NCBI GenBank assembly: GCA_964551295.1
Contig: CAZKDJ010000001.1
Span: 1-62,427 of the forward strand
Length of the DNA stretch: 62,427 nt
Origin: an uncultured Anaerolineales bacterium
GTDB taxonomy: Bacteria; Chloroflexota; Anaerolineae; B4-G1
Direction: 5' to 3'
Shown: positions 7,452-15,581 of the stretch, piece by piece
Layout of the letters: each line of letters starts with the position of its first letter
Position numbering within the stretch: position 1 is the stretch's first letter
The notes under the pieces: model-generated
Databases searched by the model: none
Seen by the model: the letters and a program-made list of their open reading frames with translations, nothing else
What the model was told of the DNA's origin: nothing
Made by a program: the position numbers and the translations under genes

Positions 7452-9082
7452 GTCGCGTTCTAGTTATCGGGATTGATGGCGCAACGTTTGATTTGCTCAA
7501 ACCTTGGGCCGAGGCTGGGGAGCTTCCCAACCTGGCTCGGATGATGACCGAGGGCATCCACGGGCCGCTGGAATCCACCATTCCACCCGTCACCGCGCCG
7601 GCCTGGTCGACCTTCGCCACCGGCGTCAACCTCGGCAAGCACGGCGTGTTCGATTTCATCCGCCCCATGGGTGGCCGATACGACTTGGTCAACGCCACCT
7701 CCATTCGCGCGCCGACGCTGTGGCAAATCCTTTCCCAAGCTGGACGCAAGGTCGGCGTGATGAACGTGCCCGTCACCTACCCGCCCCAGCCCGTGAACGG
7801 CTTTGTCATCGGGGGGATGCTCTCCCCGGTGAGCGGCGCGTTCACCTATCCCGCCGACCTGCTCGACCGGTACGAAAGCCAGATCGAACCTTACCGCATC
7901 GCCCCGCACGTCCAGTACAAGCCGGGCAACGAGACCGAATTCATAGACGACCTGCTGGACTTGGCCGAGCGCCGAGGCCAATACGCGCTGCAGTTGATGG
8001 CCGATTACCCTTACGACTTTTTGATGTTTCACTTTCAGGCCACCGACGTGATGCAGCACGCGTTCTGGAAGTTTGTCGATCCCACGCATCCCCGCTACGA
8101 TCCACAGGCTGCTGCTCGCTTCGGCCCCGGGGTCAAGCGGCTTTACCAGCGCGTGGATGCAACCATCGGCCAAATCCGCGACCGCCTCACCGACGACACC
8201 ACCGTCATCGTCATGTCCGACCATGGCTTCGGTGCGCTACACTATGTCGTCAATATGAACCTGTTCCTTTTAGACCAGGGCCTGCTGAAACTGAAGCGGG
8301 GCGCCTGGACGCGCCTCAAGACCGGCCTCTTCCGCGCCGGTCTCACTCCTGCCTCCATATGGCACCTGGTCGAGCGCACCGGCTTGCAGAACTATGTCTG
8401 GCAAGTCTCCAAGTCCACACGCAACAAGGTCGTCGGCAAGTTCCTCTCCTTCGACGACGTGGACTGGTCGCAGACGGCTGCCTACTCCATCGGTCACGTC
8501 GGGCAGATCTATGTCAATCTCAAAGGGCGGGAGCCCGAGGGCATCATCGAACCCGGAGAGCAGCACGAGGCCGTCAAGCAGCAGGTGACCGAGGTACTGC
8601 ACCAACTGCGCCATCCTGAAACCGGACAACCGCTGGTGGACCGCATCATCCCTGGCGACCAGGTCATTCACGGTCCCTATGCTCACCAGGGACCCGACCT
8701 ACACCTCGTGATGGACGGCTACCGGACAATCGCCTTCCCTCTCTTTGCCACCGACCGTCACATCGTTACCCGTCAGATCCGCGGCGATTCCGGCTGCCAC
8801 CGGCTGCACGGCGTCTTGATCGCCGCAGGACCGGAAATCCAGCCGGGAAAGACGCTAGAGAGTCCCCACATCATGGACTTGGCGCCGACGATTCTGCATT
8901 TGATGGGACTGCCGGTGCTCGACGACATGGACGGGCGCGTGCTGACCGAGGCGCTGACCTCCGACCGTCCCGTCCAACGACAGCCCAACGGGGCCACCGA
9001 CGAGAAGCCTTATAGCGAGCTCTCTCAGGAAGAGGAAGCCGAGGTAGAAGACCGCCTCCGCGCGCTCGGCTATCTGGGCTGA
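7448..9082 (+). CDS. Alkaline phosphatase superfamily protein (type I phosphodiesterase/nucleotide pyrophosphatase-like)
   Basis: GIDGA, STIPPVTAPAW (Thr nucleophile), GKHGVFDF, MSDHGF and H..HG motifs; C-terminal EVEDRLRALGYL. Confidence 0.85.
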   Translation: MSRVLVIGIDGATFDLLKPWAEAGELPNLARMMTEGIHGPLESTIPPVTAPAWSTFATGVNLGKHGVFDFIRPMGGRYDLVNATSIRAPTLWQILSQAGRKVGVMNVPVTYPPQPVNGFVIGGMLSPVSGAFTYPADLLDRYESQIEPYRIAPHVQYKPGNETEFIDDLLDLAERRGQYALQLMADYPYDFLMFHFQATDVMQHAFWKFVDPTHPRYDPQAAARFGPGVKRLYQRVDATIGQIRDRLTDDTTVIVMSDHGFGALHYVVNMNLFLLDQGLLKLKRGAWTRLKTGLFRAGLTPASIWHLVERTGLQNYVWQVSKSTRNKVVGKFLSFDDVDWSQTAAYSIGHVGQIYVNLKGREPEGIIEPGEQHEAVKQQVTEVLHQLRHPETGQPLVDRIIPGDQVIHGPYAHQGPDLHLVMDGYRTIAFPLFATDRHIVTRQIRGDSGCHRLHGVLIAAGPEIQPGKTLESPHIMDLAPTILHLMGLPVLDDMDGRVLTEALTSDRPVQRQPNGATDEKPYSELSQEEEAEVEDRLRALGYLG

Positions 9083-12000
9083 TGGCAAGGCCGAAACCTC
9101 CAATCTCCACGGACGTACTCGTCCGCAATCTCCAATCGTTACGGACGTACTCGTCCGCAATCTCCAGTTCAAGGAGACATTTAATATCTGTCGTTTGCTA
9201 TTTGACACTTCTCCTTCTGGCCTTTCTGCTGCGCCTCGCCCCTCTCGGCCGCTACGTGACGCCCGACGAACCGGCCTGGGTCTACCGCTCCATCCGCTTT
9301 TCCGATGCCCTGGCCGCCGGCGACTGGGCAGCCGTGCCTTCGACCGGTCATCCCGGCGTGACGACGATGTGGTTGGGCACGTTGAGCGTATCGCTACAGC
9401 GCCTGCTCAGCCCGGCGGAAAGTGCCGCTCACCTCGACTGGATACACCGCTTAGCCTGGCTCGACCCGGAGAACGGTGAGGCGTTCTCCCACCTGACCTC
9501 TTTCCTCACAGGCGGGCGGATTGCCATCGCCCTGACCACCACGGCGGGTCTGGCGGTTCTCTATCCACTGTTACAACGCCTCCTCGACCGCCAGACAGCA
9601 TTGCTGGCCGTCGGCCTTCTGGCCTTTGACCCGTTCCTGATCGGCCACTCGGGCCTGCTGCATACCGACGCGCTGCTGGCGACCTTCACCCTGTTGGCCC
9701 TGGCCGCCGCCCTCAACGGCTTCCACGAGCCGCGCCGCGCAGTCTGGTGGGCGCTCTCCGGCCTCTTTACGGGCCTGGCACTGCTGACCAAGACACCGGC
9801 CATCATCCTGCTGCCCTTCATCCCCCTCATCCAACTCATCGCCCACCTGCATCAATCTCCAATCGCCAATCTCCAATCCCTAATCCGCCTCTCTTCATTT
9901 TTCGTTTCTCTTTCGCTGTTGTTCATCTTGGCAACCGCCGCTACCTGCCTCGCCCTCTACCCCGCTCTATGGGCTAATCCCATTGAAACATTAGACACCC
10001 TCTTCGCCTTCACCGAACGACACGTCGAGATGGCCCAGCGCCCGATTTTTTTCGCCGGGGAAATGACCTACAACCCCGGCCCACTTTTTTACCCCGCTGT
10101 CCTGCTCTTCCGTACCTCGCCCATCGTCTTGATAGGGTTAGTCGTCGGACTGATTGCCCTGCGCCGGTTCCCGGCCGAACGTCGCTTTGTGTTCCTCACA
10201 CTGCTGGCCTTTGCTGTTGCGTTTGGCACGCTGATGAGCCTAGGAGTCAAGAAGCACGACCGCTACCTGCTGCCGGCGCTTCCGCCACTCGCCCTCGCCG
10301 CCGCATTGGGGATTGGTGCGTTGGCACGCTCGACAAAGTATCCGTCGACCCGTTTACCAATCTCCCAATCTCTAATCTCCAATTCTCCCTTCCTCCTCCA
10401 GGCCCTCATCGCTCTCGCGTTCGCCCTCCACCCCCTCACCCACGCCAACCCGCTCGCCGGAGGGCCGTGGGTCGCCGGGCGCGTGCTCGACCTGGATTGG
10501 GGCGAGGGTATGGGCGAGGCCGCCCGCTGGCTGAACCGGCAGCCGAACGCCGAGCAACTCGGCGTCGCCGCTGGCTCTGTGCCCACATTTGCCCCCCTTT
10601 TCAAAGGTCATACCGTGCCACTGGATCGAACCTCTCTGGCCGACTATATCGCCCTACCCACCTCCCACACGCCTGCACCCGCTTATCCCGTTGCCCACAC
10701 CATCACGATCAGCCTCCTCGACCACACCGTTATCTACACTAACACCGCTCCCATCGAACAGGCCGCATTCCTGGCCGCACACGCAAAGTCCGATGATCTG
10801 ATCCTGCTCGACGCCGATACGCCACTCCTGCGCCGTTACACCGGCCCCGGCACGCTCGTCTCGCTGGCCGACCTGCCCACCCAGGCCGCCATCGCCCAGC
10901 GGCTGAACGAGTATGTCGACGGGCGATCTCGCATCTGGCTCGTCGCCTTCCCCGCTGCATCCTCCTTCGCTGCCGCTTACGTGAGCCAGAGCGTCGAGGC
11001 CATCGCCGCGCCGGTCGGAACCAAACCCGTCGGTCTAGGCACGATCACGCAATTCACAATACACGACACTCCAATCTCCAATCTCCACGGACGTACTCGT
11101 CCGCAATCTCCACGGACGTACTCGTCCGCAATCTCCAATTTCGGCCAAATCACTCTCCTCGATGCCCAACTACACAACGACGCTGGCCCCATTCGTACTC
11201 TGCTGCGCTGGCAGGTTCCAAGCCCGACGCCCACCGATCTCTATTTTTCCCTTTACCTGACAGATGCCGACGGCCACACCTGGGACGACGTCGGCCAACT
11301 GGTTCTCGACGAGTTTACCTTTCCCACCACCCATTGGCATTCCAATGCGTGGAGTGACCAAAGCCTGAGACTGACGCCGCCGGAGCGCACTCCGCCCGGT
11401 AGCTACACCGTGCGACTTACCGTCACCGACGGCACCGGCGCGCAACTGGGCGCTTGGGACGCCGAGGGTGCTTTCCAGGGCGTGCGCGTCGCCCTGGGCG
11501 AGGTAGAGATCGCCTCACCCGCTAGGCCAGCAGGCCAGGTGCACTGCACACAGGGTCAGCAGATCATCGCCGAGCCACTCATAGCCTGTATCACCGAACC
11601 ACCGACGCAGGCGGTTCCCTCTGGCGACACGTTTACCGTGGTCGTCACCTGGTCCACCGACACGCCGCCGGAGGACGATTACGCCGTGCGTTGGCGGTTG
11701 GTACGCAATGGCGTCGCTGCGCTGGAGCACATCGTACCGCTCTCCACATATCCCACGTCCAACTGGCGCGCTGGCGATAGCTTCGAGTCGCGGTACGACC
11801 TGCGCATCGATCCCGCCGTGCCCGCGGGCGACTATGACCTGGCGCTCAGCGTCTTCGATCCCGACGGCGACCCGCTCCGGGCCGAGGATGAGGCCGTCGG
11901 CACCGTCGAGGTCCTGCACCGCGACCGGCAGTTCGATCTACCGGCGGATATCGGCCACCCGCTCAACCTGACGCTGGGCGATACCATCCACCTGCGCGGG

Positions 12001-12381
12001 TTCGACCTGGACGCCACCGAGGGCGCTCCTGGTGACGTGCTGCCCCTGACCCTCTATTGGCAGGGCGACGGCCCCACCGATATCGACTATACCGTCTTTG
12101 TGCACCTCGTCGGCCCCGACGGGCTGCCCCACGGCCAATTGGACACCTTCCCCGGCGCAGGCTCCGCCCCTACCACCAGTTGGGCGCCGGGCCAGGTAGT
12201 CGTGAACGAGCTTGCCCTGCCCATCGCTGAGGACGCGGCCCCAGGCACGTATCACATCGCCGTCGGGCTGTACGACGCCGCCAGCGGCGGCCGCCCGCCC
12301 ATTACCGACAGTTCCGGCCAGCGCCTGCCCAACGACCAGGCCATCCTCCCAATCGGAATCAGTGTCGAGGGCAGCCCGTGA
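9082..12381 (+). CDS. GT-C (GT39/PMT_2/ArnT-like) membrane glycosyltransferase with three C-terminal beta-rich repeat domains
   Basis: YVTPDEP first-loop motif, HPGV, multiple TM helices, LLHTDA, GLALLTK, KKHDRY. TGATG coupling to the upstream gene. Confidence 0.8.
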   Translation: MARPKPPISTDVLVRNLQSLRTYSSAISSSRRHLISVVCYLTLLLLAFLLRLAPLGRYVTPDEPAWVYRSIRFSDALAAGDWAAVPSTGHPGVTTMWLGTLSVSLQRLLSPAESAAHLDWIHRLAWLDPENGEAFSHLTSFLTGGRIAIALTTTAGLAVLYPLLQRLLDRQTALLAVGLLAFDPFLIGHSGLLHTDALLATFTLLALAAALNGFHEPRRAVWWALSGLFTGLALLTKTPAIILLPFIPLIQLIAHLHQSPIANLQSLIRLSSFFVSLSLLFILATAATCLALYPALWANPIETLDTLFAFTERHVEMAQRPIFFAGEMTYNPGPLFYPAVLLFRTSPIVLIGLVVGLIALRRFPAERRFVFLTLLAFAVAFGTLMSLGVKKHDRYLLPALPPLALAAALGIGALARSTKYPSTRLPISQSLISNSPFLLQALIALAFALHPLTHANPLAGGPWVAGRVLDLDWGEGMGEAARWLNRQPNAEQLGVAAGSVPTFAPLFKGHTVPLDRTSLADYIALPTSHTPAPAYPVAHTITISLLDHTVIYTNTAPIEQAAFLAAHAKSDDLILLDADTPLLRRYTGPGTLVSLADLPTQAAIAQRLNEYVDGRSRIWLVAFPAASSFAAAYVSQSVEAIAAPVGTKPVGLGTITQFTIHDTPISNLHGRTRPQSPRTYSSAISNFGQITLLDAQLHNDAGPIRTLLRWQVPSPTPTDLYFSLYLTDADGHTWDDVGQLVLDEFTFPTTHWHSNAWSDQSLRLTPPERTPPGSYTVRLTVTDGTGAQLGAWDAEGAFQGVRVALGEVEIASPARPAGQVHCTQGQQIIAEPLIACITEPPTQAVPSGDTFTVVVTWSTDTPPEDDYAVRWRLVRNGVAALEHIVPLSTYPTSNWRAGDSFESRYDLRIDPAVPAGDYDLALSVFDPDGDPLRAEDEAVGTVEVLHRDRQFDLPADIGHPLNLTLGDTIHLRGFDLDATEGAPGDVLPLTLYWQGDGPTDIDYTVFVHLVGPDGLPHGQLDTFPGAGSAPTTSWAPGQVVVNELALPIAEDAAPGTYHIAVGLYDAASGGRPPITDSSGQRLPNDQAILPIGISVEGSP
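9101..9166 (+). repeat. Two copies of hairpin element ACGGACG-TACT-CGTCCG embedded in CAATCTC heptamers
   Basis: Stems at 9110-9125 and 9142-9157, in frame within the CDS N-terminus. Confidence 0.9.
9853..9887 (+). repeat. Heptamer tandem repeat (CAATCTC family, 5 degenerate units)
   Basis: caatctc caatcgc caatctc caatccc taatccg, translated as QSPIANLQSLI. Confidence 0.85.
11071..11140 (+). repeat. Two tandem 25-nt hairpin units ACGGACGTACTCGTCCGCAATCTCC with flanking heptamers
   Basis: Exact units at 11087-11111 and 11112-11136, in the linker before the first C-terminal repeat domain. Confidence 0.9.
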
Positions 12382-15300
12382 GCAAATCTCCAATCTCCAA
12401 TCTCCAATCTCTGCTCCCAATACTCACTGTCGGCCTTTTATGCGCCGTCGCCCCCCTGCTCCGCGCCGACGTCCCCTGCACCCACGACGGCGGCCTGCAC
12501 TACTACCGCGTCGTCGCTATGCGCCAGGCCTTGAACGACGGCATCCCGTTCACCCGCTACCTGCCCGACCTGGCCTTTGGCTACGGCTTTCCGTTCTTCA
12601 ACTATCGCGCGCCGGTGTCATACTATCTGACCCTGGCATTGTTCCTGATCGGGTTTGCACTGCCCACGGCCATGAAACTGGTCTACGTCACCAGCATTCT
12701 GGGCTCCGCCATCTCGGCCTATCTGCTGGCCCGCGACCTGTTCGGACCGCGGGCCGGGCTGGTCGCCGCCGTCGCCTATGCCTACGCACCCTACCAGTTC
12801 CTCAACGCCCTCACGCGCGGCAACGCCCCCGAATCACTGGCGCTGGCGCTGTTGCCCCTGATCCTGTGGGCCTTTCGCCGCCTGGTACTGACCGGTCGCC
12901 GGCGCTGGTTTCTGGTCAGCGTCGGCTCCCTGGCCACCCTGTACCTGACCCACAATATCTCCAGCTTGCTCTTTACCCCCTTCCTCATCGCCTATCTGCT
13001 GATGCTGTGGCTGGTCTGCCGCCGAAAGGGACACTGGATGATCACCGGGGGTGCATTTGTCCTGGCATTGGGGCTGACCGCCTTCTTCTGGGCGCCGGCC
13101 ATCCTGGAGAAAGACTGCGTCCAGCTCGAGGCCTCCCGCGCCAATCGCAACAACGACTTTCACTACAACTTTCTGGGCCTGGCCGAGATCCTGGCGCCAC
13201 CCCGGCCGGTGGACACCTCGCTGCTCAACCCACCTATGCGAGTCCACCTGGGACTGGCACCCGCCGTCCTGGCCGCGATCGGGCTCGCCGTCGGTCTCCT
13301 GCGCCAACTTGACCGCGAGCGAAAGGCCACGCTCATCTTTTTCGCCTTCGCCGCCGTCGCGATGATCTGGATGAGCACCGGAGCGTCCCTCTGGATATGG
13401 AAGCACCTGCCTCTCATCTCCTTCGTCCAATTCCCGTGGCGCTTTATCGGCCGCGCCGCCCTGCCCATCGCCATCCTGGCTGGTGTCGCCGCCGCTCACA
13501 AACCAAATCAAACGACCAACAAAATCTCGCATCACGCATCACGCATCACGTCAAGCAACCGCAGGTTGCCCGCATCACGTTTTACGCCCACTGTCCTTAT
13601 AGCTCTCCTGATCATCACCGCCTTCCCCGTCACCTATCCGCTCCGCGGCTATTGCCAAGCGGACCCCGCATCCCCTACCATCGCGGACCTCTTCGCTTAC
13701 GAGCACCGGCCCGGAGGCCTCGTCGGCGCTGACCCCACGGGATCCTACTTTCCTAAGTGGGTCAAGCAAAAGCCCCGTGGATCGCCGCTGGAGGCACAGT
13801 ACGCCGCCGGTGGGCCGGTCGCCCGCTTCGAGGAGAGCGCCATACCCAAAGATGCCTCCGTCGTCGAGGCCGACTATGGCCCCAACCGCGCCCGCGTCGT
13901 GGTCGAAACTCCGGTCCCGTTCCGCGCCCGCTACCTGGCCTTTTACTTCCCCGGCTGGCGCGTCACCATAGATGGTCAACCGGTTGCCATCACCCCCACC
14001 GACCCTGAAGGCTTGATCTCCTTCGACGTACCCGCCGGCCAACACACCGTCGCCGTCCGCTTCGGTGAGACCCCCCTGCGCTTCACCTGCGACGTCATTT
14101 CCCTCCTCAGCCTCGCCATCCTCATCATCACTACAACTCGTTACTCACAAATCTCCAATCTCCAATCTCCAATCTCCCAACCCGCGCCTACAGATTCACC
14201 AGCATTCATCGTTCACTGCTCATTGTTCACCGCCGCACTGCTCCTCCTGGCCTTCAAACTCGCCATCGTCGATCGAACCGACACCATCTTCCGCCGTCCC
14301 ACCTTGCAGCCCGATGCCACGCTGCCCGGCGTCCAGCACCCGCTGAACCAGCGCTACGCCGATGGCTTGACCCTCATCGGCTACGATCAGGACCGGGGGA
14401 CGATGCCCGCCGACGGCGTGCTGCGCGTCGACCTGTACCTGACCGCGTACGCCCAACCCAACGCCCGCTACCAGAGCGTGATTCACTTGATCGGCCCCGA
14501 TGGACTGCGCTGGAGTCAAGCCGACACCTTCCGCCCCCGCGGCTACACCAGCTATCCCTACACGACCATCTGGTCGCCGGAGGTTTATGCGCTGGACAGC
14601 CACGAGGTCGAGCCCCTGTCCGGCACGCCGCCGGGCACCTACGACGTCGTGCTGACCGTTTTCGACAAGGACACCCTGGCGCCGCTTTCAGCGCTAAACG
14701 AACAAGGCCAACCTGCCGCACCCGAGCTGACGCTGGGACAGGTCACCTTGACCCGGCCCCACCCCCGCCCAGCGGGACTATCCGGACACAACCGTCTTGG
14801 TCTGCAAATGGGAGACTTGACGCTGCTGCTTGCCGATTTCAACACCGACCAAGCTGCCACCGGCGACCCCGTCTTTCTCACCACATTCTGGCAAGCCGAC
14901 GAGCGATCTACCGAGGATGTTACCTTTCACCTCACCCTCATCGCCGCTGACAGCTCGCCCGTCGCCGAGTACGCCCTTCCGCCCACAGGTGCTTGGTACC
15001 CTACGGCCTCGTGGCAACCCGGCGACGTATGGCGCGGCCAGCACCTGTTCCACCTACCTGCCAACCTCGACAGCGGCGACTACACCTGGCAAATCTCCCT
15101 GCCACCCAATTACCAATCTACCAATCTACCATCCACCCTCCACATCACCGCTCCGCCCCACACCTTCACCCCTCCCACACTCCCACACACACTCACCGCC
15201 ACCCTGGGAGAAACCGCCACACTCGTCGGCTTTGGCCTGGCAAGTGAAATGCGATCCGGGAGCACGCTGACCGTCACCCTCGTCTGGCGAGCGGAGGAGA

Positions 15301-15581
15301 CGCCCGCCACCTCCTACCGCGTTTTCCTGCACCTGCTCGACGCCGAGGGTAACCTGGTGGTCCAATCCGACGGCGTGCCCGCCGGCTGGACGCGTCCTAC
15401 CACCGGCTGGCTGCCCGGCGAATACATCACCGATACCCACACGCTCACCATCCCACCCGCAGCGGCGCCGGGCGAGTACACGCTACAGGCCGGTATGTAC
15501 GTCCCCGGCAACGCTCGCCTCACCACCGACGATGGCTGCGACGCGGTTCGCCTAACCATTCTGATATTGGACGGTCGATGA
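12378..15581 (+). CDS. GT-C family membrane glycosyltransferase (PTPS-related/YfhO-like) with three C-terminal repeat domains
   Basis: HDG..H.YR, RYLPDLAFGYGFPFFNY, many TMs, YfhO-like FPGWRVTIDG. GTGA overlap with the upstream gene. Confidence 0.8.
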   Translation: MSKSPISNLQSLLPILTVGLLCAVAPLLRADVPCTHDGGLHYYRVVAMRQALNDGIPFTRYLPDLAFGYGFPFFNYRAPVSYYLTLALFLIGFALPTAMKLVYVTSILGSAISAYLLARDLFGPRAGLVAAVAYAYAPYQFLNALTRGNAPESLALALLPLILWAFRRLVLTGRRRWFLVSVGSLATLYLTHNISSLLFTPFLIAYLLMLWLVCRRKGHWMITGGAFVLALGLTAFFWAPAILEKDCVQLEASRANRNNDFHYNFLGLAEILAPPRPVDTSLLNPPMRVHLGLAPAVLAAIGLAVGLLRQLDRERKATLIFFAFAAVAMIWMSTGASLWIWKHLPLISFVQFPWRFIGRAALPIAILAGVAAAHKPNQTTNKISHHASRITSSNRRLPASRFTPTVLIALLIITAFPVTYPLRGYCQADPASPTIADLFAYEHRPGGLVGADPTGSYFPKWVKQKPRGSPLEAQYAAGGPVARFEESAIPKDASVVEADYGPNRARVVVETPVPFRARYLAFYFPGWRVTIDGQPVAITPTDPEGLISFDVPAGQHTVAVRFGETPLRFTCDVISLLSLAILIITTTRYSQISNLQSPISQPAPTDSPAFIVHCSLFTAALLLLAFKLAIVDRTDTIFRRPTLQPDATLPGVQHPLNQRYADGLTLIGYDQDRGTMPADGVLRVDLYLTAYAQPNARYQSVIHLIGPDGLRWSQADTFRPRGYTSYPYTTIWSPEVYALDSHEVEPLSGTPPGTYDVVLTVFDKDTLAPLSALNEQGQPAAPELTLGQVTLTRPHPRPAGLSGHNRLGLQMGDLTLLLADFNTDQAATGDPVFLTTFWQADERSTEDVTFHLTLIAADSSPVAEYALPPTGAWYPTASWQPGDVWRGQHLFHLPANLDSGDYTWQISLPPNYQSTNLPSTLHITAPPHTFTPPTLPHTLTATLGETATLVGFGLASEMRSGSTLTVTLVWRAEETPATSYRVFLHLLDAEGNLVVQSDGVPAGWTRPTTGWLPGEYITDTHTLTIPPAAAPGEYTLQAGMYVPGNARLTTDDGCDAVRLTILILDGR
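12385..12412 (+). repeat. Heptamer tandem repeat AATCTCC x4 at gene start
   Basis: Encodes KSPISNLQSL directly after the start codon. Confidence 0.85.
13528..13552 (+). repeat. Heptamer tandem repeat CGCATCA x3
   Basis: cgcatca cgcatca cgcatca cgtca, with a further unit at 13571; lies in an inter-TM loop. Confidence 0.8.
14150..14230 (+). repeat. AATCTCC x4, followed by a second degenerate heptamer run (cattcat cgttcac tgctcat tgttcac)
   Basis: Direct reading at 14150-14177 and 14203-14230. Confidence 0.8.

Noticed and set aside
9101-11140. Hairpin repeats as a CRISPR array
   Set aside because: Only pairs of 25-nt units with 0-7 nt between them, no unique spacers, no cas genes, and they lie inside an ORF.
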